From NCBI GenBank assembly GCA_964558595.1, contig CAZLER010000006.1, forward strand, positions 3,892 to 67,891: a stretch of DNA of 64,000 nt, given 5' to 3'. A program made the position numbers and the translations under genes. Of this stretch, positions 1-9,423 are shown piece by piece. The notes under the pieces were generated by a model. That model was not told where the DNA came from, made no database searches, and saw nothing but the letters and a program-made list of their open reading frames with translations. The DNA comes from an uncultured Thermotogae bacterium. GTDB taxonomy: Bacteria > Bipolaricaulota > Bipolaricaulia > UBA7950 > UBA9294. Every line of letters begins with the position of its first letter. The first letter of the stretch is position 1.

Positions 1-1209
1 GAACCGGCGGACCAACAGGAAGCGTATCGGGCGCCCGCCTACGCCTTCGACCTATCCGAGCGACATCGCACGCCGGTGATGATCCGATTGACCACCCGCC
101 TGTCGCATTCTCGAGGCACGATCGCCGTCGAAGCCGCCCGTCCCCGCAACCCGTTCTCCCTACCGGAGGACCGTCGCCGGTACATCCTGCTCCCGGCGTT
201 GGCGCGCAAGAGCTACGCCCGTCTGGTGGAGCGACAGACCGAGTACCTCCGCGACAGCGAGGAGAGCCCGTTCAACCGCCTCAGCGATGGAGGGGATCGG
301 TCGCTGGGGATCGTCGCCTGTGGGATCGCTCACGGGTACTTGCTCGACGTCACTGGCGGCGTCTGTTCCCACCCGATCCTCAAGCTCGGCCAGTACCCGA
401 TGCCCAACCGTCTGGTGGAGCAGCTGATGGCCTCGTGCGAGCGCGTCCTGGTGCTCGAAGAGGGCTTCCCGTATGTCGAGGCGAAGCTGCGAGGGATACC
501 GGCCCGCGAGTCCCCGCCGGTCCACGGTCGGCTCTCCGGACACCTGCCCCGGACCGGCGAACTCACCCCGCGAATCGTCGCCGACGCCCTCGGGCTGCAG
601 GAGCTGCCCACCGTCGCGCCTTCCTCGATGACTGCCGCCCGTCCTCCGGCGCTCTGTCCCGGCTGTCCTCACGCCGACACGTGTAACGTGTTGAACGCCC
701 TGCTCGAAGAACGGCCGGCGGACGGCGTCGTGTTCTCGGATATCGGCTGCTATACCCTGGCGGCGTTGCCGCCGTACGAGGCGATCGACACCTGCATCGA
801 GATGGGTTCGTCCATCACCATGGCCAAGGGCGCCGCGGAGGCGGGCCTCCACCCATCGCTCGCCTTGATCGGAGACTCGACGTTCACCCACTCCGGGATG
901 ACCGGCCTGCTCGACTGCGTCAACGAGCGGGCGAGCGTTACGGTGATCATCGTCGACAACCAGACCGTCGCCATGACGGGTGGGCAACGATCGTCGGCCG
1001 AGGATCGACTCGTCCCGCTGTGCACCGGCCTCGGTGTGGCTCCCGAGCACGTCCGGGTGATCGAACCGCTTCCCAATCGACACACGCAGAACGTCGCGGT
1101 GCTCCGCGAGGAAGTCGACCACCCCGGGCCCTCGGTGATCATCGCCCGCCGGGAGTGTGTGCAGACAGCCCGCCGCCGGGTGCAGAAGGGGCAGGAAGGC
1201 GACCGATGA
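1..1209 (+). CDS. iorA: indolepyruvate ferredoxin oxidoreductase alpha subunit, C-terminal part (5' end truncated by window edge)
   Basis: Reading frame is open from nt 1. It has the CPGCPH TPP/FeS-type motif and the GDSTF/TGGQ TPP-binding region. Its stop overlaps the iorB start (ATGA). Confidence 0.7.
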   Translation, partial: EPADQQEAYRAPAYAFDLSERHRTPVMIRLTTRLSHSRGTIAVEAARPRNPFSLPEDRRRYILLPALARKSYARLVERQTEYLRDSEESPFNRLSDGGDRSLGIVACGIAHGYLLDVTGGVCSHPILKLGQYPMPNRLVEQLMASCERVLVLEEGFPYVEAKLRGIPARESPPVHGRLSGHLPRTGELTPRIVADALGLQELPTVAPSSMTAARPPALCPGCPHADTCNVLNALLEERPADGVVFSDIGCYTLAALPPYEAIDTCIEMGSSITMAKGAAEAGLHPSLALIGDSTFTHSGMTGLLDCVNERASVTVIIVDNQTVAMTGGQRSSAEDRLVPLCTGLGVAPEHVRVIEPLPNRHTQNVAVLREEVDHPGPSVIIARRECVQTARRRVQKGQEGDR

Positions 1210-1784
1210 ACCGCGACCTCCTTCTCGCCGGCGTCGGCGGTCAAGGGCTGTTGGCGCTCGCGGCGGTCATCGGAGAGGCCGCGCGATCGCTCGGCCTGCA
1301 TGTGCGGCAGGCCGAGGTCCACGGGATGGCCCAGCGAGGGGGGATCGTCCAAAGCCACCTCCGCTACGCCGATCGTCCGCTTCACTCGAACCTCGTCCGG
1401 GAGGGAGCGGCGGATCTGATCCTCGCGCTGGAGCCGATGGAGGCGCTCCGGTACCTGCCGTATCTCTCCCCCTCCGGCGCCGTCGTCAGCAACACGACGC
1501 CGCTGGAGAACATCCCCGACTACCCCGATCCGCGTCGACTGCTCGAGGAGATCGCCACTCACCCGACGCACCGACTGATCGATGCCACCGGAGGGGCCAA
1601 ACGGGCCGGAGCGCGACAGGCCGCCAACATGGTGATGCTGGGAGGAGGCTCGCGGTTTCTGGGGCTACCCGAGTCGACGCTTCGACAGGCGATCGAAACC
1701 GTGTTCGCCGACAAGGGCCAAGCGGTGATCGACACGAATCTCCGCGCGTTCGAGTTGGGAATCGCCGCAGCAGCCAGCGACTGA
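1206..1784 (+). CDS. iorB: indolepyruvate ferredoxin oxidoreductase beta subunit
   Basis: N-terminal AGVGGQG glycine-rich motif typical of the IorB/pyruvate-ferredoxin oxidoreductase gamma family. Translationally coupled to iorA. Confidence 0.7.
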   Translation: MNRDLLLAGVGGQGLLALAAVIGEAARSLGLHVRQAEVHGMAQRGGIVQSHLRYADRPLHSNLVREGAADLILALEPMEALRYLPYLSPSGAVVSNTTPLENIPDYPDPRRLLEEIATHPTHRLIDATGGAKRAGARQAANMVMLGGGSRFLGLPESTLRQAIETVFADKGQAVIDTNLRAFELGIAAAASD

Positions 1785-1791
1785 CGGCGAC

Positions 1792-2121
1792 CTACGCCCG
1801 CTTCCCACCGTGCCGGTACGGCCGGGTCTCGTTGTAGTCGATCTTGGCGCGCAACGCCCCCTGCAGGTCGTATCCACGAGCGCCGGCGAAGTCGAGGATG
1901 CGAATCACCGTATCCGCCAGTTCCTCCTCCAGCTTGGAGAAGTCGGGGATCTTGTCACTCGGCGGATCCCCTTCGCGGATTGCCTCCATCGCTTCCGCCA
2001 GTTCGGTCACAGCGAGCATCAGCACCTCGCCGGGCACCCGTTCGCGCTCCCACCATCCGTGCTCAACGGCGATCCGATGGACCTCTCGCTGCAACGCGGC
2101 TACCGTCATCGACGCACTCAT
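1792..2121 (-). CDS. MazG-like nucleotide pyrophosphohydrolase (small all-alpha NTP-PPase)
   Basis: Roughly 110-aa protein with EExxE/D-rich helices (ELAEAMEAIREGD, EELADTVIRILD) typical of the MazG/HisE-like fold. Start chosen at the internal Met; the upstream part of the ORF is low complexity. Confidence 0.5.
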   Translation of the reverse strand: MSASMTVAALQREVHRIAVEHGWWERERVPGEVLMLAVTELAEAMEAIREGDPPSDKIPDFSKLEEELADTVIRILDFAGARGYDLQGALRAKIDYNETRPYRHGGKRA

Positions 2122-2208
2122 CGTCGCGCAGCGTAGCCCGGCACGCCTGTCGGCGCAACCTTGCCCGCCGCCGATGGGGTCGCTAGGCTTGGACCTCAGG
2201 AGGACGAG

Positions 2209-3135
2209 ATGCATGCGCTAGCCAGGCGACCGATCCGTATCGTCCTGAGCCTCGTAGTGGTGTTCACCGCCTTCTCGAGCTCGGCGACCGAAGCTGCCGA
2301 ACCTGTGCCATTCGGCGTCGTGGCCGACCTTCACGCGCCTGACACCGACTCCCCGCTCGAGGGGAAGTGGAGGACGAACCCCGCAACGTGGCTCGCGTCG
2401 CTCACCGAGGCGATGCATGCATGCTCTCCGGAGTTCGTCATCGAGCTCGGCGATTTCGTCAACGGCTGGGTCGTCTTCGGCGCCGAACTGGGGGATCCCG
2501 GACGCATTCCCGAGGTCCTGGCGTGGGCCGAACAGCGGTATGCAGCCTTCGACGGCCCTCGATACCACGTTCTGGGCCATCACGATGTGTACCACCTTGA
2601 CAAACCGACGTACCTCGACGTCCTCGCCATGGAAGCGACGAACGACAGCTTCGACGTAGGCGCTTGCCACTTCATCGCGCTCGACGTGCCGTTCGCCCCG
2701 GACGGTGACGATTTCGCCCACACCTACACCGGCGTCGGGGGGTACCTCCCTGAAGCCCAATGGGCTTGGCTCCGCGACGATCTCGCCGCGTCCCGTCGTC
2801 CCACCGTGGTGTTCGTCCAGCAGATGCTGACCGGGTACGTCGCGGCGTGGGGACGTGAACTCATGCTCAACGCCCCCGTCCTCCGCGAGACCCTCGCCGA
2901 GCACGGCGATGTGATCGCCGTATGTCAGGGGCATGACCACGACAGCCACCTCCAGCACATCGACGGGATCGCCGATCTCACGTTCGAAGCGCTGGTCGAC
3001 CAGGGCACCCCGGCCTCGTGGGCCCGCGTGACCCTCGACCCGATGGCCCGGACGATCGTCGTCGACGCGGTGGGCGACCAGGACAGTCACCGACTCACGT
3101 ATTCGGTGAAGGCCGAGGAAAAGGAGCACCCATGA
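2209..3135 (+). CDS. secreted metallophosphoesterase (calcineurin-like phosphoesterase)
   Basis: AGGAGGA ribosome-binding site 7 nt upstream. Signal-peptide-like N-terminus (RPIRIVLSLVVVFTAFSSSA). Metallophosphatase motifs: DLH, GDFVNG, GHHD, GHDH. Confidence 0.65.
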   Translation: MHALARRPIRIVLSLVVVFTAFSSSATEAAEPVPFGVVADLHAPDTDSPLEGKWRTNPATWLASLTEAMHACSPEFVIELGDFVNGWVVFGAELGDPGRIPEVLAWAEQRYAAFDGPRYHVLGHHDVYHLDKPTYLDVLAMEATNDSFDVGACHFIALDVPFAPDGDDFAHTYTGVGGYLPEAQWAWLRDDLAASRRPTVVFVQQMLTGYVAAWGRELMLNAPVLRETLAEHGDVIAVCQGHDHDSHLQHIDGIADLTFEALVDQGTPASWARVTLDPMARTIVVDAVGDQDSHRLTYSVKAEEKEHP

Positions 3136-3458
3136 TCGCAGAATTCTCCATCGTTCCGGTCGGTGTCGGCGAAAGCCTCAGCGGCTACGTGGCGGAGGCG
3201 TTCGAGATCATCGAGCGAAGCGGGATTGCCTATGAGCACCACGCGATGGGAACCAACCTCGAGGGGGACTGGGACGACGTGCTCGGCGTGATCAAGGCGT
3301 GTCGCGACCGACTCCGCGAGCGCACGAACCGGGTATCGGTTTCGATCAAGATCGACGACCGCGGCGGCGTGGCGGACGGGCTCCATCGCAAGGTGGCGTC
3401 CGCCGAGCGCGTGCTTCGGCAACCAAGCGGTTTGGCCCGCTCCGCCGAAACAGCGTAG
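3132..3458 (+). CDS. MTH1187/YkoF-family (DUF77) thiamine/ligand-binding protein
   Basis: About 108-aa protein starting MIAEFSIVPVG, with the typical ferredoxin-like MTH1187 signature. AAGGAG RBS; start overlaps the stop of the upstream gene (ATGA). Confidence 0.6.
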   Translation: MIAEFSIVPVGVGESLSGYVAEAFEIIERSGIAYEHHAMGTNLEGDWDDVLGVIKACRDRLRERTNRVSVSIKIDDRGGVADGLHRKVASAERVLRQPSGLARSAETA

Positions 3459-3467
3459 AGTGACGGC

Positions 3468-4484
3468 ATGACGAACTCCTGGCTCCGCGACATCCCCAAG
3501 GTCGAGCTTCACGTCCATCTCGACGGATCGTTGCGAATGGATACGTTCCTCGAGCTCGCCGAAGCGCTCCCCCCGGAGCGACGGTTTCCGCCCTCGTTCG
3601 ATCTTCGGCGGGCCGTCATCCCGACCGCGCGGGGGTCGCTGGAGTCGTATCTGGAGAGCTTCTCGGCCACGGTGGCCGTTCTCCAGACCGCTGAAGCGTT
3701 GGAGAGAGCCGCCTACGAGCTGTGCGAGGACGCAGCGCACGAGCATGTCATCTACCAGGAGATCCGTTTCGACCCGCTGCTGCATACGGAGGAAGGGCTT
3801 TCGCCGCGCGACGTGGTCCGCGCCGCGATTGCCGGTTGCCGCCGTGCCGAGGAGACGCTGGAAATCGATGCGCGGTTGCTGCTCAGCGCGCTGCGCAACG
3901 AATCGACCGAGCGGTCGATGGAGGTCGCCCAACTGGCGGCCCAGTTCCGTGACAAAGGCGTGGTCGGCTTCGATCTGGCCGGCCCGGAGTACGGCTACTC
4001 CCCGACGACCCATCGCGCTGCGATCGAGCTGGCCCACGATGCCGGGGTGCCGGTCACCCTCCACGCCGGCGAAGGTTGTTGCCCGGAGCACATCAAGGAA
4101 GCGCTCGACTTGGGCGCGGCGCGAATCGGCCACGGTGTACAGCTGTTCAGAATCCCGAGCGTCGAACAGAGGGTCGCGCAGGAGCGCATTCCGCTCGAGG
4201 TCTGCCCCACGAGCAATCTGCAGATCTCCGGGTTCATGGAGCGGATGGCGGACCATCCGCTGAAACGGTACGTCGACCTGGGTATCCCCGTCGTCCTCAA
4301 CACGGACAACCGGTTGATGTCGCAGGTTGACCTGACACACGAGTACGCCGCCGTGGTCGAGGCCTTTTCCCTGTCTCGTGATGAGGTCCGGACCCTGGCG
4401 GTCGCTGGTGCCGACGCGGCCTTCGCCGCCGAGTCGACCCGACGGGCGCTCCGCGCCAAGATCGAGGCCGCGTTCGTGGGGTGA
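3468..4484 (+). CDS. add: adenosine deaminase
   Basis: HVHLDGS metal-binding start, HAGE motif and the C-terminal NTDN/D motif of the adenosine/AMP deaminase family. Confidence 0.8.
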   Translation: MTNSWLRDIPKVELHVHLDGSLRMDTFLELAEALPPERRFPPSFDLRRAVIPTARGSLESYLESFSATVAVLQTAEALERAAYELCEDAAHEHVIYQEIRFDPLLHTEEGLSPRDVVRAAIAGCRRAEETLEIDARLLLSALRNESTERSMEVAQLAAQFRDKGVVGFDLAGPEYGYSPTTHRAAIELAHDAGVPVTLHAGEGCCPEHIKEALDLGAARIGHGVQLFRIPSVEQRVAQERIPLEVCPTSNLQISGFMERMADHPLKRYVDLGIPVVLNTDNRLMSQVDLTHEYAAVVEAFSLSRDEVRTLAVAGADAAFAAESTRRALRAKIEAAFVG

Positions 4485-4529
4485 GCCGAGCGGCCGCCGA
4501 ACCGGCGACGCTCCACGGGCAGCCGATCA

Positions 4530-4844
4530 TTAGGCCAGCAGCTCGTCGGGCACTCCGTACCGGTCCAAATCGATCCGACCTCGCCCGTCGAAGATGACCC
4601 CTTCTTTCTGCAGTCGGATGATCTGGTCGCCGCCGAGACTCGACTCCCCCCGGGCGTTGACCACCCGATGCCATGGAACGTCGGAGCGCGGTGCGCCGTG
4701 GCCCAGCGCCGCGAGGGCGTAGCCGACCTGCCTCGCTCCACGGGGAATCCCCGCATGCCGAGCCACCTGGCCGTAGGTCATCACCGTGCCGACGGGGATG
4801 GTGCGGACCACGGCGTAGATCCGCTCGTACAAGCCCTCCTTCAT
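4530..4844 (-). CDS. atl: alkyltransferase-like protein (ATL; MGMT DNA-binding domain with Trp replacing the active-site Cys)
   Basis: MGMT C-terminal domain carrying PWHRVV instead of PCHRV. Start chosen at [10 protein letters not shown]. Confidence 0.65.
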   Translation of the reverse strand: MKEGLYERIYAVVRTIPVGTVMTYGQVARHAGIPRGARQVGYALAALGHGAPRSDVPWHRVVNARGESSLGGDQIIRLQKEGVIFDGRGRIDLDRYGVPDELLA

Positions 4845-5027
4845 CCCTCTCCCCCTTCCCAACCGACCGCTCCGACCGCCCCCCCCCGGCAGCAGCGGAC
4901 CGTCACGGCTCACCCTCGTCTGCGCATCCCGAGGTTGGGAACCCCGCTTCCCCGGGTACCGGCCGCTCCGTCCCTCCGGTACAATCGACCGTGCAACGAG
5001 GTGTCAACCCTAAGGGAGGCTTCCATC

Positions 5028-5921
5028 ATGATCAACACCAATGAAGATCGGGTCGTCGAATTCGTGTTGCAGTGCCAGCCCGGTCCACCGAAGACCCGTG
5101 CTCGCTGGTCCGTCGACCACCAGGGGAGACCGTTCGTCCTGCCGGCCATCGGGGGGATCTCGGTCAATGTCGCCGTCGGCGATCCCGCCTTCGGTTGGGC
5201 CGGGGATCACGTTGAGCCCAGCGTGAGTTGCACCGCGGACACCAAGAAGCCGTTTGATCATCCCAACGTTGGGCTACAGCTGTACGCCTGTGCCGGGAAC
5301 CCCGCGCGGATCGTCTCCGGCGACGCTCGCGGGAGCACCGGTTATGTCGTCGGCCACCACGGCGGATCGGAACACGTCATCGTCGAGTTCCCCCGCTCGG
5401 TGAAGGAACGGCTCTGTTACGACGACAAGATCCTCCTTCGCGGTCGCGGGCAGGGCCTGAAACTGCTCGATCATCCAGAGATCACCCTATTCAACCTCGA
5501 TCCGGACCTCCTACAGGCGATGAAGATCGACACCCGAGACGGGGTGCTGCGGGTTCCGGTCACCACGCGCGTTCCCGCAGCGTGCATGGGATCGGGCGTC
5601 GGTGCCACGCAACCCGGCACCGGCGACTACGACATCATGACCAGCGATCCCGACACCGTGAAGGAGTACGAGCTCGATCGGATCCGGTTCGGCGACTTCG
5701 TCGCCCTGATCGATCACGACAACCGGTACGGTCGCACCTATCGCAAGGGCGCCGTAACCATCGGTATCGTCGTCCACAGCGACTGCCTGCTGGCCGGACA
5801 CGGTCCCGGCGTCACCACGCTGATGACCTGCGCCAGCCACCAGATCGAGCCGCTGCTCGACCCTCGAGCGAACATCGCCGATCTCCTCGGCCACGGGATC
5901 GACGCCGACGAGAAGGCGTAG
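5028..5921 (+). CDS. DUF4438-family protein of unknown function
   Basis: AAGGGAGG RBS 8 nt upstream of the ATG. Conserved-looking Gly/His-rich blocks ([21 protein letters not shown]). No recognisable catalytic family. Confidence 0.5.
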   Translation: MINTNEDRVVEFVLQCQPGPPKTRARWSVDHQGRPFVLPAIGGISVNVAVGDPAFGWAGDHVEPSVSCTADTKKPFDHPNVGLQLYACAGNPARIVSGDARGSTGYVVGHHGGSEHVIVEFPRSVKERLCYDDKILLRGRGQGLKLLDHPEITLFNLDPDLLQAMKIDTRDGVLRVPVTTRVPAACMGSGVGATQPGTGDYDIMTSDPDTVKEYELDRIRFGDFVALIDHDNRYGRTYRKGAVTIGIVVHSDCLLAGHGPGVTTLMTCASHQIEPLLDPRANIADLLGHGIDADEKA

Positions 5922-5953
5922 CCCGCGGTTCGGAAGAGCGGCGGGGGCTTCGG

Positions 5954-6181
5954 TTACCGCGCGTCCTGTACCACGAACAGGTCCTCGAACGGCCGTCCGA
6001 CCGCCTCGGCAATCCGATGGGCCGTCTTCACGCTCGTTCCCGCACCGTTTTCGATCGCCGAGAGCATCGGACGCGAGATCCCGATCCGTTGGGCCAACTC
6101 CGCCGACGTGAACCCGGCGACGATCCGGGCCCGTCGTACAGCGTCGTCCGAAGAGACAATCCGGTAGTACTTGCGCGGCAT
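5954..6181 (-). CDS. XRE-family helix-turn-helix transcriptional regulator
   Basis: Seventy-five-aa protein with the canonical HTH_3 signature (FTSAELAQRIGISRPMLSAIENG). Divergent from the GGDEF gene. Confidence 0.6.
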   Translation of the reverse strand: MPRKYYRIVSSDDAVRRARIVAGFTSAELAQRIGISRPMLSAIENGAGTSVKTAHRIAEAVGRPFEDLFVVQDAR

Positions 6182-6287
6182 GATATGACCATGAGTATAC
6201 GTCCGAACGACAACAGCGATCTTTGACCTGTATTCGCTTCCGAAGGGACAACTAGGCGATCCAAAACAGACTTTTACCTTCCAAAAC

Positions 6288-6316
6288 TTGACATAGGGGT
6301 GACAGTGTGGTAGGGT
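6288..6316 (+). promoter_or_regulatory. sigma70-like promoter TTGACA-17-TAGGGT in an AT-rich island with two CCAAAAC direct repeats just upstream
   Basis: TTGACA at 6288-6293 and TAGGGT at 6311-6316 (manual indexing, +/-1). Local AT-richness at about 6230-6300 stands out in a ~67% GC background. Confidence 0.45.
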
Positions 6317-6319
6317 GTG

Positions 6320-6560
6320 TCGGTTTCCATCGGCGCCCCGGCTCGGGTAGGGACCTGCAACACAACGTGCGACCACCGGGTGGTGCCTAAGGCTTGAGGG
6401 GGAACTCAGCCGACGATCCGGGGCGCCCTTGCTCTTTCATCGCTCGGTCACGGCGCCCCCTGGCAGAGGACAGATCCCCCTGCTCCCGGGGCCGGTCGTG
6501 ACCTACCGAAGGACACTCGGCGCCTGGCGCTCCCCACCGGCCGGCTTACAATGACCTGCT
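6320..6560 (+). promoter_or_regulatory. long structured 5' leader of the GGDEF gene (candidate cis-regulatory RNA of unknown class)
   Basis: A 10-bp perfect long-range helix GGCGCCCCGG (~6339-6348) with CCGGGGCGCC (~6427-6436) encloses about 80 nt containing a CACC-GGGT-GGTG hairpin. No coding potential with an RBS. Confidence 0.3.
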
Positions 6561-8168
6561 ATGGCATGGCAGTGGACACCGGCTTCCTTCGTGCTCATCG
6601 CGACCAGTGCCCTGTCGCTCGCGATCGCTCTGCTGCTACGGCAGCGCCGCACGATCGCCGGCGCGCTGGCGCTGGCGGCGGCCATGGTGGCGATCGCCGA
6701 ATGGGCGCTGGCGGCCGGCCTCGAGGCCGCGGCGGTCCCGCTGACGGCGAAAATCGCCTTCTCCAAGCTCGAGTACGTCGGATCAGGTTCGTCGGCCGTC
6801 TTGTTTCTTCTGTTCTCCCTGCGCTATACCCGGAACACCGCCGGGATGACGCGGCCCCGCCTCGTCGCCCTGTGGAGCCTTCCCCTGGTCTCGGTCCCCC
6901 TGGTCGCCACCAACGAGTTTCACCAGATGGTCTGGACCTCGTTCAGTGTCGGCCCCCTCGGCTCGAACACCGTCCTCTACCACCACGGCCCCGCCTTCTT
7001 TGCGATCCTGATTTGGATCTACATCTACCTCCTCGCCGGCTCGTTCCGCCTCATCGTGACGTCCTTCCGCTCGTCAGCCGCCCAGCGCCGCCAATCGGCG
7101 GCGATCCTCGTCGCCGTGTCGTTTCCCTGGATCAGCGGGATCCTGTATGCGGTCGGTGCCAATCCGTTTCCCGGGCTCAACCTCATCCCGATCAGCCTGG
7201 CGCTCACCGGCGCTGTTCTCGCCGTGGCGATCGCCCCGCTCCGTCTGTTCGACCTCGTTCCGGTCGCCCGCGACCGGCTCATCGAAGGGATGAGCGACGG
7301 CGTTCTCGTCGTCGACGAGCATCATCGCGTCATCGATGTGAATCCCTCAGCACGAGCGATGTTCGCCCTCCCCCCGGGTGCCGTCGGAGACGATCTCGAG
7401 GCCGTGCTCGCCGATTGGCCGGAGGTGGTGGCGGGGTTCCGCGCCGACGGCGAGATCCACCTGGAGATCACCCTGGCAGCCTCCCCTTTGCTGCACGTCG
7501 ATGTCCGCATCGCCCCGCTGGGCAAGCGGCACGGCACGCCGGCAGGGTATCTCCTCGTCGTCCGCGACATCTCCAAGCGATACCTGGCGGAAACCTCGCT
7601 GCAGCGCGCCAACGATCAGCTTCAGCACCAGATCGGAGAGATCGAGCGGTTACACGCCAAACTCCAGGAGCAGGCGATTCGGGACACCCTGACCGGCTTG
7701 TACAATCGGCGCCACCTCGACGACACGCTGCCCCGGATCCTCGACCGGGCGTCCGGTGACGGGACACCGGTCGCCGTGCTGATGCTCGACATCGACCATT
7801 TCAAACAGGTCAACGATCGGCATGGGCATCGCGCCGGCGATGCCCTGCTTTCGGCGCTGGGAGCGCTCCTTGCCGGCCGCAGCCGGCCCGTCGATATCGC
7901 TTGCCGGTACGGCGGGGAGGAGTTCGTCCTGGTGTTACCCGGAACCCCCCTGGAGGCCGCCGTCGCCCGCGCGGAAGAGATGTTGGCGGCGTTCCGCTCC
8001 ATCGATCTCCCCGATGTCGCTTGCGGGACGCCGCCGACGCTATCCGCTGGCGTGGCCGTCTTCCCACGCCACGCCATCACGCAGGACGCGCTGCTCCACG
8101 CGGCCGACGATGCCATGTACCGCGCCAAGGAGGAAGGCCGCAACCGCGTGTGCAGTGCCCCCGGTTGA
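6561..8168 (+). CDS. membrane sensor diguanylate cyclase (N-terminal polytopic 7TM-type sensor, PAS-like linker, C-terminal GGDEF domain)
   Basis: Six to seven hydrophobic helices in the first ~230 aa. GGDEF domain with RYGGEEF active site, and the RxxD I-site region is present. Confidence 0.8.
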   Translation: MAWQWTPASFVLIATSALSLAIALLLRQRRTIAGALALAAAMVAIAEWALAAGLEAAAVPLTAKIAFSKLEYVGSGSSAVLFLLFSLRYTRNTAGMTRPRLVALWSLPLVSVPLVATNEFHQMVWTSFSVGPLGSNTVLYHHGPAFFAILIWIYIYLLAGSFRLIVTSFRSSAAQRRQSAAILVAVSFPWISGILYAVGANPFPGLNLIPISLALTGAVLAVAIAPLRLFDLVPVARDRLIEGMSDGVLVVDEHHRVIDVNPSARAMFALPPGAVGDDLEAVLADWPEVVAGFRADGEIHLEITLAASPLLHVDVRIAPLGKRHGTPAGYLLVVRDISKRYLAETSLQRANDQLQHQIGEIERLHAKLQEQAIRDTLTGLYNRRHLDDTLPRILDRASGDGTPVAVLMLDIDHFKQVNDRHGHRAGDALLSALGALLAGRSRPVDIACRYGGEEFVLVLPGTPLEAAVARAEEMLAAFRSIDLPDVACGTPPTLSAGVAVFPRHAITQDALLHAADDAMYRAKEEGRNRVCSAPG

Positions 8169-8184
8169 ACCGGTGTCGGTCGCG

Positions 8185-9093
8185 CTAGATCGCGTTCGTG
8201 TCGCCTGGTGACTTGGGGAACAGGCGTGCGTCTTCGATACGCTTGAGGCCGCACACGTACCGCGTCAGCCGTTCGATGCCGATCCCGAAGCCGGCGCACC
8301 GGTGCAGCCCGCGCTCGGCGTAGTCCAGGTAGAGGGCAAACGCTTCTCGCGAGAGCCCGTCACGCGCTAGACGATCGATGATCCGCTCGGGGTCCACCTC
8401 TCGCTCGCCGCCGGAGAGCGCCTCGCCGAACCCCATCGGATAGAGCAGATCCATATCCAACAACACCTCCGGACGATCTGGATCCTCCCGATCGTAGAAC
8501 TCGCGGACCCGTCGCGGGAAGTCGATCACCCATGCGGGCTCCTCCAGGGTCGACGACAGCGCATCATCGAACGGTTCGCCGAACCGGCCCGCCGCCTCCT
8601 CATAGCGAATCCGCATGAACGGTACCGAGGGAATCGGGAGCTCTCGCCCCAACGTGTCCAGTTCGCTCCGACAGCACCCCGCGATCTCCTCGACCACGTG
8701 CGCGACCAACCGCTCGCCGATCGCCATGGCCTCCTCGCGGCTGGCATCTCGCATCTCCAGGTCGAGCTGGACGAACTCCGCGAGATACCGCCCGAACCGG
8801 GCGCGCTCTGCCGGTTCCATCCGAACGTTCGGCGAGAAGCAGAAGATCCGCGGAACCGTGAGCAGGGCGATCTGCTTGTGCAGGATCATGCTCTTGGTCA
8901 GCTGGAACGGTCGACCGTAGAAGTCGACCGTTCCCCCATACGTCTCGTGATGCAGCGGATCGGTAATCGGGGATAGCAGGACCGGGAGAATCTCCACGAA
9001 TCCCTCGTCACGGAGGTACCCCCCCGCCGATCGGACGATCTCACTTTTCACCTTCAACACCGCAGCCCGTTGGCTGTCGTGGATCCATCGCAT
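8185..9093 (-). CDS. truncated class II aminoacyl-tRNA-synthetase catalytic-core paralogue, AsnRS-like (archaeal-type asparagine synthetase A / aspartate-ammonia ligase-like)
   Basis: About 300 aa with class IIb motifs. Motif 2-like RYLAEFVQLDLEM (compare AsnRS RHLAEFWMIEPEM). Motif 3-like GFGIGIERL...FPK. No anticodon-binding domain. Confidence 0.55.
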   Translation of the reverse strand: MRWIHDSQRAAVLKVKSEIVRSAGGYLRDEGFVEILPVLLSPITDPLHHETYGGTVDFYGRPFQLTKSMILHKQIALLTVPRIFCFSPNVRMEPAERARFGRYLAEFVQLDLEMRDASREEAMAIGERLVAHVVEEIAGCCRSELDTLGRELPIPSVPFMRIRYEEAAGRFGEPFDDALSSTLEEPAWVIDFPRRVREFYDREDPDRPEVLLDMDLLYPMGFGEALSGGEREVDPERIIDRLARDGLSREAFALYLDYAERGLHRCAGFGIGIERLTRYVCGLKRIEDARLFPKSPGDTNAI

Positions 9094-9423
9094 GGCTCTC
9101 TCCTTCCAGGGCGCATGGCGCCCGACGTTCGTCGCGTGCCGCGTCGTGATCGTCGTGGGAACCGCGTGACCGGGAGACCGGCCGTGGAATCAGCGATGCG
9201 TCCCGTGAGGGACGTCCTGATTGGAGAGAGCGAAGAGGAGTGTTGTATTCGCGCACCGAATCCCCATTCGATCGATGCGGGTCGTTTGCGCGTGCTCGGT
9301 CATCAGCACCACCTCTTCGTCGCGAGATGCGACAACCTACCCGCCCACCCGCTCCGCGTCAAGCGGTCGGCCTCGTCGTCGAGGCTGAGCGAGAACCCGG
9401 AACCGGCTATACTTGGCCTTGCT

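Noticed and set aside
1157-1837. A 226-aa alternative-frame ORF overlapping iorB, and similar overlapping ORFs (435-686, 750-1571).
   Set aside because: Arg/Pro-rich low-complexity translations, and they overlap confidently assigned iorA/iorB frames.
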